Assembly: GCA_043826565.1 (NCBI GenBank)
Contig: JBDRPX010000004.1
Location: forward strand, 103,604-167,603
Reading direction: 5' to 3'
DNA length: 64,000 bases
Source: Candidatus Omnitrophota bacterium
Lineage (GTDB): Bacteria > Omnitrophota > Gorgyraeia > B26-G9
Positions 1 to 6,193 of the stretch are shown here, piece by piece. The translations under genes and the position numbers were made by a program. The number at the start of each line of letters is the position of its first letter. Position 1 is the stretch's first letter. The notes below the pieces were generated by a model. It did not search any database. It was not told where the DNA came from and saw nothing but the letters and a program-made list of their open reading frames with translations.

Positions 1-627
1 TCGCATAGTAATGATCTCTTAAAGTCGAAAGATTATACGGGATTTGCAGTTTTATATTCCGGATATAATATTATCGGTAAGCCCGGAGGGATCTGGGATG
101 AGATATTATGGGAGTATATTAACCTAAAAAGAGAACATCCGGTATGGGCTATTGCCGGGCTGGCTTTTGATTATCAGGGTAATTTAGAGCAAAGGTCCCG
201 GGATTTAAGGAATATGGTATTGCTTTCTGAACAGACTCCGCAAGGAGTATTGGCGGCTTTAGCTAAGGGGAAAAATTACGTTACTCGGGGTGCTCAGTCT
301 GACAATTTTATCCTGAAAGATTTTATGGTTTCCGACTATAAGACTTCCCAATCAAAGCGTATGGGGGAAACTCTTTTTTTAGAAGGTGCTTTACCGCATG
401 TAATAATTAGCGGGGGTTTTACTTCCGGCGGGGCGCAGGAGCTGAATATTTCTTTAGTGAAAAATAAGGAAATAGTGAAAAAATTTGTTGTGCCTGCTCC
501 GTTTACCGTGGAATATGCCGACGGAGATTTTGAAAAAGATGCTTATTACCGTGTGGAAATCAAGGCCAAAGATTTGCATGTGATTACTAACCCGATATTT
601 GTTAAAAAAATGAAAATTGATAATTGA
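1..627 (+). CDS. hypothetical protein, 5'-truncated by the window edge
   Basis: Reading frame 1 is open from nt 1 to the TGA at 625-627. The ORF track only shows the Met-initiated part, 214..627. I recognise no family. Confidence 0.45.
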   Translation, partial: SHSNDLLKSKDYTGFAVLYSGYNIIGKPGGIWDEILWEYINLKREHPVWAIAGLAFDYQGNLEQRSRDLRNMVLLSEQTPQGVLAALAKGKNYVTRGAQSDNFILKDFMVSDYKTSQSKRMGETLFLEGALPHVIISGGFTSGGAQELNISLVKNKEIVKKFVVPAPFTVEYADGDFEKDAYYRVEIKAKDLHVITNPIFVKKMKIDN

Positions 628-678
628 GAATTGAAAGTTGTTTTTTGTTCTTGCCAATATTCAATATTCAACTTTCAG
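608..678 (+). repeat. conserved ~80-bp intergenic inverted-heptamer element, copy A
   Basis: TGAAAATTGATAATTGAGAATTGAAAG...TTGCCAATATTCAATATTCAACTTTCAGGAG lies immediately 5' of the start codon at 688. Confidence 0.7.
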
Positions 679-687
679 GAGTTTATA

Positions 688-1383
688 ATGATTGTTTCGG
701 TCCATCAACCTCAATATTTGCCGTGGCTTGGATATTTCGATAAGATATCGAAAAGTGATTGCTTTGTTTTTTTGGATACGGTACAATATAAAATAAGAGA
801 GTTTCAGAATAGAAATAAGATTCGTATAAAAGACGGATGTATATGGCTGAGTGTTCCGGTAATGTCTAAGGGGCATTATAAGCAGAATATAGATGAAGTC
901 TGTATCGATAATGACGCTGATTGGGCTATTGAACATAAAAAAAGTTTAATGGTTTGGTATGGAAAATCAGCTTATTTTAAAAAATATTTTCCCTTTTTTG
1001 AAGATGTTTACAGTAAAAAATGGGATAAGCTGATCGATCTTAATATTTACATTATAAAGTATATTCTGGAGCAGTTAAAAATTAATACGCCTTTATATTT
1101 GGAGTCAGAGTTAGGCTCGACTAAAAAAAGTACTGAGCGTATAATTGAAATTTGTCAAAAACTTGAAGCAGATATATATCTTTCCGGTAGTGGCGGAAAA
1201 GATTACATGGATGAAGGGTTGTTTTCGCAGACAGGGATTAGTTTGCAATATCAGCAGTTTAACCACCCCTGTTATCAGCAACAGTTTATTTCCACCGCAC
1301 ACCCTTTTCACCCATATATGTCAATTATAGATTTGCTTTTTAACGAAGGCCCCAGAAGTATTAATATTATTAGAGGGCAGTAA
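688..1383 (+). CDS. WbqC-like family protein (found in LPS/O-antigen loci)
   Basis: ATG at 688 is preceded by AGGAG at 676-680. The N-terminus MIVSVHQPQYLPWLGYFDKI...DCFVFLDTVQY matches the WbqC-like signature as I recall it. The upstream in-frame ATG at 631 has no RBS and lies inside a repeat element. Confidence 0.5.
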   Translation: MIVSVHQPQYLPWLGYFDKISKSDCFVFLDTVQYKIREFQNRNKIRIKDGCIWLSVPVMSKGHYKQNIDEVCIDNDADWAIEHKKSLMVWYGKSAYFKKYFPFFEDVYSKKWDKLIDLNIYIIKYILEQLKINTPLYLESELGSTKKSTERIIEICQKLEADIYLSGSGGKDYMDEGLFSQTGISLQYQQFNHPCYQQQFISTAHPFHPYMSIIDLLFNEGPRSINIIRGQ

Positions 1384-1400
1384 AGTTAAAGATTTTTCAG

Positions 1401-1452
1401 GTTTTGATTTTTGACTTGAATTTTTGCATTTTGATTTTTGAATTTTGATTTT
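1401..1452 (+). repeat. degenerate heptamer array (TTTTGAN-like, ~7 units) upstream of the exeA-like gene
   Basis: The sequence reads GTTTTGA TTTTTGA CTTGAAT TTTTGCA TTTTGAT TTTTGAA TTTTGAT. The related array at 55625-55672 has the same flavour. Confidence 0.55.
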
Positions 1453-1468
1453 AACCTGGAAGGTTACT

Positions 1469-2284
1469 ATGTACGAACAATATTGGGGCTTAAGCGAAAA
1501 ACCTTTTGAAAACACTCCTAATCCTTATTTTCTTTATAATTCTCCGCAGCATGAAGAAGGTTTATCCAGGTTATTTTATGTTGTAAGTGAAGGTAAGGGC
1601 GCGGCTTTGGTTACCGGAGTTTTCGGCTGCGGAAAAACACTTTTAGGAAAAACCCTATTTAAAGAACTTGACCGGGATATATATAAGACCGCGTTTATTT
1701 CTAATCCTTATATGACTTATGAAGAACTGCTTATGCACATTGCTTATCATTTAGGCGCGAGAGACCTGCCGACAAAAAAGCAGGATGTGCTGGTTAATGT
1801 GGTCTTAGAGCGCTTAGGGGAAATTCTACAGAATAATATGCGTGATGGTAAAAAAACAATTGTGGTGATCGATGAGGCGCATGTTATTACCGACCGCAAG
1901 GTGTGGGAAGAAATGCGCCTGCTGCTTAATTTTCAATTGGAAAACCAGTTTTTACTTACTTTATTAATATTGGGACAGCCGGAACTTAAGGAAATAATAG
2001 ATTCCAATAAGCAGTTTTCCCAAAGAATCGCGGTGAAATTTCACTTGGGCCCGCTTAATAAAAAGGAAACTCAGGAATATATTTTGCACCGTTTGAAAAT
2101 GGCCGGAAGGACCAAGCCTGTATTTTCTCAAGGGACCTTTGAATTGATCTATAAAAAGAGCGGAGGCATTCCCCGCCGGATAAACCAGATCTGTGATATG
2201 GCCTTATTTGCCGGATTTGGCAAAAACGCGTCCATGGTAAATGAAGCAATTGTCAATGAAGTGGGCTTTGATTTGGAGGAATAA
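1469..2284 (+). CDS. ExeA/GspA-like AAA ATPase
   Basis: MYEQYWGLSEKPFENTPNPYFLY...GKGAALVTGVFGCGKTLL carries a Walker A motif and VVIDEAH is Walker B-like, matching ExeA/MshM-type ATPases. GGAAGG RBS lies 7 nt upstream of ATG 1469. Confidence 0.7.
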   Translation: MYEQYWGLSEKPFENTPNPYFLYNSPQHEEGLSRLFYVVSEGKGAALVTGVFGCGKTLLGKTLFKELDRDIYKTAFISNPYMTYEELLMHIAYHLGARDLPTKKQDVLVNVVLERLGEILQNNMRDGKKTIVVIDEAHVITDRKVWEEMRLLLNFQLENQFLLTLLILGQPELKEIIDSNKQFSQRIAVKFHLGPLNKKETQEYILHRLKMAGRTKPVFSQGTFELIYKKSGGIPRRINQICDMALFAGFGKNASMVNEAIVNEVGFDLEE

Positions 2285-2287
2285 ATA

Positions 2288-2385
2288 ATAGCGTATAGCG
2301 GTTAGCGAGTAGCGTATAGAAAAGAAAAAAAATAGTAACAAGGGTTTCCTAAACGCTAAACGCTTTACGCTGAACGCTATAATGG
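2288..2385 (+). repeat. inverted heptamer-array element of the ACGCT type, copy 1
   Basis: Left arm TAGCGTA TAGCGGT TAGCGAG TAGCGTA. A 32-nt A-rich spacer follows. Right arm AACGCTA AACGCTT TACGCTG AACGCTA TAAT, then GGAGGG and ATG 2395. Confidence 0.7.
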
Positions 2386-2394
2386 AGGGCTACT

Positions 2395-3009
2395 ATGAAT
2401 ATTCTGGCTGTAGGGTGTCATCCGGATGATATTGAATTCGGCTGCGGCGGTACTTTAATAAAGCACGCGGAAAAAAATGATGATATTTATTTGTTAGTTT
2501 TGACAGACGGCGCAGTCGGAGGAGATCCCCAGGTAAGACGTCAGGAACAGTCAGAATCCGCGAAAATGCTGGGGGTAAAAAAGGTTTTTTGGGGAGGGTT
2601 TGAAGATACTAATTTGCCGGGTGACCGGCCTTTAATCTCGGCGATTGAAGAGGTTGTCAAAGAAGTCAACCCGGATATAGTTTTTTGTAATTATTTTCAT
2701 GATGTGCATCAGGATCATCGGGCCGCGGCAAAAGCCTGTTTATCCGCGACTAGATATATCAAAGAAGTATTGTACTATGAAGTCCCGACAACTCAGCATT
2801 TTGAACCGGAGATATTTGTTGATATTGGCAGAGTGCTGGTGAAAAAATGGGATTTGCTTAAAGCTCATGGCTCTCAGGTGGATAGAACCCGGGTGGAGAA
2901 TTTGAGTATCCTGGAAAGCATAAATGCCTGCGCGACATTTCGCGGATACCAGGGCCGGGTTAAATTTGCTGAAGGGTTTAAAGCAGTAAGAATTTTAAGG
3001 GATATATAA
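2395..3009 (+). CDS. PIG-L/LmbE family N-acetylglucosaminyl deacetylase
   Basis: N-terminal AVGCHPDDIEFGCGGT motif is typical of the PIG-L family. GGAGGG RBS lies upstream. Confidence 0.75.
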   Translation: MNILAVGCHPDDIEFGCGGTLIKHAEKNDDIYLLVLTDGAVGGDPQVRRQEQSESAKMLGVKKVFWGGFEDTNLPGDRPLISAIEEVVKEVNPDIVFCNYFHDVHQDHRAAAKACLSATRYIKEVLYYEVPTTQHFEPEIFVDIGRVLVKKWDLLKAHGSQVDRTRVENLSILESINACATFRGYQGRVKFAEGFKAVRILRDI

Positions 3010-3145
3010 AAATCCTGTAGGGGCGGCGGCTTGTCCCCGCCCGAGTTAAATAAATTGATAAAAAAGAGTTTCTATTATATAATAAAAGAGTAATTCAAAG
3101 GAGGAGTTATATCCACAGCTTTATGGTGATTAAAGGATTAATTAC

Positions 3146-4192
3146 ATGAAGACATTAGTAGCTTTCGGCATATCATTTTTTACTGTACTTATCTGCACTC
3201 CTTTATTTCGCAGGATTGCGCTATATCTTAATATTCTGGATTTCCCCAGCAAAAAGAAAATACATAAAGACCCGATCCCTCTTTTAGGAGGATTGGCGAT
3301 CTATTTTGGCGTAATCATTTCTTTCCTGTTTTTTCAGCAAAGCTTCTTTGTTTTTTGGCCGATTCTCGTCGGAGCTACCATAATCATGTATATGGGCGCT
3401 CTTGATGATATGAAAGGGCTTTCCGCGCGCATACGTTTATTTATTCAGATAGCTGTGGCTTTATTTGTTGTCATGGCCGGAGTGAGAGTGAGTTTTTTAC
3501 CGAATAATATCTGGGGTAATATCGGAGAGTATATCGTAACAATATTCTGGCTGGTGGGAGTAACGAATGCTTTTAATTATCTGGATGGACTGGATGGTTT
3601 AGCTGCCGGGTCAGCAGCTTTAAATTTTTTATGTTTTTATGTAATTTTGTACAGCACCGGCCAATTTCCCCTGGGATTAACCGCAACTATATTAATGGCA
3701 GCCTGCCTGGGGTTTCTACCCTATAATTTCATGAATAAGAAAAAGATGTTCTTAGGGGATGCCGGGAGTATGTTTTTAGGTTTTTGTTTAGCCGGCATGG
3801 CGGTTATCGGGCACTGGGCCGGAGATGCGCTGGTTAAATTATTTATCCCCATATTGGTAATCGGGGTGCCGATCTTTGATATGATCTTTACGACAATTAT
3901 GCGTATCAAAGAGGAGAAAATAAGGAATATCCTGGATTGGCTTAAATATGGAGGCAAAGATCATTTTCACCATTATCTGGTGGATTTGGGTTTAGGGCAG
4001 AAGGGGGCGGTTTTATTTATATACTATCTTACAGCGTCATTAGGCTTAGGAGCGGTAATGGTAAGCAATGACAATGCGGTGGAGGGGGTTTTAACGCTTT
4101 TACAGGCTTCAATAATTTTTGGCGTCATCGGAGTTCTGATTGTTGTCGGTAAAAAACACAGGTTTGAAAAGAAAACAGGGCAGGAAGAGTAA
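3146..4192 (+). CDS. glycosyltransferase family 4, WecA/TagO/MraY-type polyprenyl-phosphate sugar-1-phosphate transferase
   Basis: Multi-pass membrane protein with DFPSKKKIHKDPIPLLGG and NAFNYLDGLDGLAAG motifs characteristic of the MraY/WecA family. At 348 aa it fits WecA better than MraY. Confidence 0.75.
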   Translation: MKTLVAFGISFFTVLICTPLFRRIALYLNILDFPSKKKIHKDPIPLLGGLAIYFGVIISFLFFQQSFFVFWPILVGATIIMYMGALDDMKGLSARIRLFIQIAVALFVVMAGVRVSFLPNNIWGNIGEYIVTIFWLVGVTNAFNYLDGLDGLAAGSAALNFLCFYVILYSTGQFPLGLTATILMAACLGFLPYNFMNKKKMFLGDAGSMFLGFCLAGMAVIGHWAGDALVKLFIPILVIGVPIFDMIFTTIMRIKEEKIRNILDWLKYGGKDHFHHYLVDLGLGQKGAVLFIYYLTASLGLGAVMVSNDNAVEGVLTLLQASIIFGVIGVLIVVGKKHRFEKKTGQEE

Positions 4193-4274
4193 CAATTTAT
4201 GTAACTGCTTTATATATTTAATGTTACAGTAGTGAATATAACTAAATGAGTAATATAAAAAGTTTTATAAAGCA

Positions 4275-4303
4275 TTGACTTATATGGGAAAATGTGGTAC
4301 ACT
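4275..4303 (+). promoter_or_regulatory. sigma70-like promoter
   Basis: TTGACT at 4275-4280 is followed by a 17-nt spacer and TACACT at 4298-4303. This places the TSS a few nt before the riboswitch aptamer. Confidence 0.4.
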
Positions 4304-4307
4304 TGTA

Positions 4308-4392
4308 TTAGTGGAAAAAGGCAAACTCGTGGTAACGCGAGGGCGCAAAGCCGTGCACCCCGAAAATTCGGGGCAGGCAGGTTGCCCGATGA
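4308..4392 (+). ncRNA. candidate c-di-GMP-I (GEMM) riboswitch aptamer
   Basis: The segment GGCAAAC-[CUCGUG GUAA CGCGAG]-GG-CGCAAAGCC-[GUGCACCCCG AAAAUU CGGGGCAGGCAGG]-UUGCCCGAUG matches the GEMM-I layout, including the hallmark GGCAAAC and CGCAAAGCC strings. The first helix is capped by a GNRA tetraloop. The 3' UUGCC pairs with the 5' GGCAA to form P1. Confidence 0.6.
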
Positions 4393-4406
4393 ATTAATTT
4401 ACGTTA

Positions 4407-4437
4407 CCCAGGCAGGAGTTTGCCTGGGATTTTTTTT
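4407..4437 (+). terminator. intrinsic terminator (riboswitch expression platform)
   Basis: Stem CCCAGGCA / TGCCTGGG with loop GGAGTT, followed by a T8 run. The 3' arm (AGTTTGCC) is also complementary to the aptamer's 5' P1 strand (GGCAAACT), which allows alternative folds. Confidence 0.65.
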
Positions 4438-4536
4438 CGGAATATTAAAAAGTGCCAGGTATGAATGGGGAAAATCAGTAAAAGTGCCAGGCATAATCAG
4501 GGATGAACGTAATATATAAAGGAGTTGGAGCGGAAA

Positions 4537-5694
4537 ATGCCCAGGTTGCCAAGAGTTTACATTGAAAATTCAGTTTATTATGTAACATGTAAGGGATTGC
4601 AAAACCAGGTAATTTTTAAAGACGCGAGGGACTACGAAATGTACTTTGAATTGTTGAAAAAATACAAAGAACAATACGCAGTCAAACTTTATGCTTATAC
4701 TTTAATGCATAATCATTTGCATTTATTAATGGAAGTTGATAAAGAAGCCAGTATTTCCACAATTATGCACGATTTGACCTCTTCTTACACAAAATATTTT
4801 AATGGCCGCTATGACCGCAAAGGCCATTTATTCCGAGAAAGATTTAAAGCCGCTGTTGTAGAAAAAAATCCGCAAATCCTTTTGGACCTTACCGCATATA
4901 TCCACCTCAATCCCAAGCGATTGAACTTAGGCATACAAGGACGTACGTATCCGTATAGCAGTTATGAGCTTTATCTGGACTATTCCCCAAAGTCCGATAG
5001 AGGGCTGGCTATAAAAAATGAAATTGAAAGTATTGTTAATAAGCTGGTTGGCGAAAATTATGTTGAGTTTATGAACCGCATGCAGGATAACGCGGAGTTC
5101 CAGAAAAATTATAAAAAACTTCAGCGTAAAGGAATGATCGGCTCAGGTGAATTTATGAGCAGAGTTAAAGAAGCTATCGAGCAGCAGCGAAGTGAGCCCG
5201 AGGAACCGGAGTTAGAAGAAAAAATATTACATTCTAAGAATGTTCTTATGAACACGGGAGTGGCGGTATTGCTTTTGAGCATAAGCGCGGGGGGCGTTTA
5301 TTTATATTTTAATTACGCAAATAAGGTATTGGATAAACCCCAGATACCTGTTGCGACAGTTGAGCTGCAGTTGAAAGACCTGAATAATACCGAGTGGCAG
5401 GTGGAAATGTTCAATATGGATGGGTCCCTGGCCCGCGCGGATATTTTAAGTTTTATGCAGGGGAAATTCAGTTCGGCATATCTTTCTCAGTTTGAATTCC
5501 CGCATATTAATTATTCTGTTGTTTTTGAAGGAAATAAAATAATTTGGGAAACAATGCAGACATCGGCAACCGGGACCGCGTCATGGCGCGGTGAAGTGGT
5601 AGACGGCGAGATGCTGGGAATGGTCAGCCTGCGGCAGGAAGGGAAAGAACCGCAGGATTTTTCTTTTAAGAGTCTAAAATACAGGAGGAGATAA
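4537..5694 (+). CDS. HUH Y1-transposase-like (IS200/RayT-like) domain protein fused to a TM helix and an uncharacterised C-terminal domain
   Basis: HNHLHLLME (the HuH motif) and AYIHLNPKR (catalytic Tyr + NP) match the IS200-like/REP-associated tyrosine transposase fold. A TM segment VLMNTGVAVLLLSISAGGVYLYF follows, then ~120 unrecognised residues. ATG 4537 lies 12 nt after AAGGAG; the track's 4525 start is a TTG adjacent to the RBS. Confidence 0.6.
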   Translation: MPRLPRVYIENSVYYVTCKGLQNQVIFKDARDYEMYFELLKKYKEQYAVKLYAYTLMHNHLHLLMEVDKEASISTIMHDLTSSYTKYFNGRYDRKGHLFRERFKAAVVEKNPQILLDLTAYIHLNPKRLNLGIQGRTYPYSSYELYLDYSPKSDRGLAIKNEIESIVNKLVGENYVEFMNRMQDNAEFQKNYKKLQRKGMIGSGEFMSRVKEAIEQQRSEPEEPELEEKILHSKNVLMNTGVAVLLLSISAGGVYLYFNYANKVLDKPQIPVATVELQLKDLNNTEWQVEMFNMDGSLARADILSFMQGKFSSAYLSQFEFPHINYSVVFEGNKIIWETMQTSATGTASWRGEVVDGEMLGMVSLRQEGKEPQDFSFKSLKYRRR

Positions 5695-5695
5695 G

Positions 5696-6133
5696 ATGAA
5701 GGTTGTTAATTTAAATAAGCTTATTACTATCGGAATGATCAGCGTTTTTTTTATCAGCTTTTTGCAGACCGCGGTGTTTGCCGAGAAAAAAGACAGGAAA
5801 AATCCGGAGCCGCTACGCACTAATTCTACTATTAATGAAGTGGTCGGAGAAGTAGCAAGTTTTGATGGAGAAATTATTGTTATTACTTACGGAGACCCTG
5901 CTCAAACCGGGGAATCTTTTGATATGTCGATCAGTATTGAACCGGAAAATTTAGAATTAAACCATATAAAAAGTTTAGATCAAATAAAAAAGTGGAATAC
6001 CGTCAGGATCAGCTATGAAGTAATCACTGAGGAGTATGCCGAAGAAAAAGTTAAAACGCGTAATGTCGCCAGGGCGATAAGCTTTATAAAGGCTGGCAAG
6101 CCGCCGGTTTATGAGCCGGAACAGGATGAATAA
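5696..6133 (+). CDS. small secreted protein of unknown function
   Basis: N-terminal signal peptide (LITIGMISVFFISFLQTAVFA) and an AGGAGG RBS. Its start is 1 nt after the upstream stop, suggesting translational coupling. Confidence 0.55.
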   Translation: MKVVNLNKLITIGMISVFFISFLQTAVFAEKKDRKNPEPLRTNSTINEVVGEVASFDGEIIVITYGDPAQTGESFDMSISIEPENLELNHIKSLDQIKKWNTVRISYEVITEEYAEEKVKTRNVARAISFIKAGKPPVYEPEQDE

Positions 6134-6193
6134 AAGAAAGGGCAAAAGCCCTCTAACACGAATAATTTAGTAATACTAACTGAGAGGTGTCGG

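Noticed and set aside
631-687. Upstream in-frame ATG at 631 as the WbqC-like start
   Set aside because: The extra 19 residues (MKVVFCSCQYSIFNFQEFI) are encoded by the conserved intergenic repeat element and lack an RBS. ATG 688 has an AGGAG RBS, and family homology starts there.
1401-1452. Heptamer arrays as CRISPR arrays
   Set aside because: The units are 7 nt, degenerate and contiguous with no spacers. CRISPR repeats are 24-48 nt separated by unique spacers of similar size. No cas genes are present.
2351-2392. TATAAT at the end of the right-arm heptamer array read as a -10 promoter box (also CTATAAA at 33537-33543)
   Set aside because: The hexamer ends only ~13 nt before the ATG, so a TSS 7 nt downstream would fall after the Shine-Dalgarno sequence. 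It is more likely just the terminal repeat unit. A leaderless or unusual arrangement cannot be fully excluded.
3016-3045. GC hairpin GGGCGG...CCGCCC after the PIG-L deacetylase gene as an intrinsic terminator
   Set aside because: It has only a 6-bp stem with a 10-nt loop and no downstream U-tract, so I did not call it a terminator.
4292-4519. 75-aa + strand ORF from the six-frame track
   Set aside because: It lies entirely over the riboswitch aptamer, the terminator hairpin and the U-tract. It has a low-complexity Arg/Gly-rich translation and no RBS, so it is most likely non-coding leader RNA.
4537-5694. HUH-domain gene as an IS200/IS605 insertion (mobile element)
   Set aside because: The protein is far larger than TnpA and carries a TM helix and an extra domain. 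There is no tnpB, no subterminal hairpins and no target-site features. It sits in an operon-like arrangement with the riboswitch and downstream genes.
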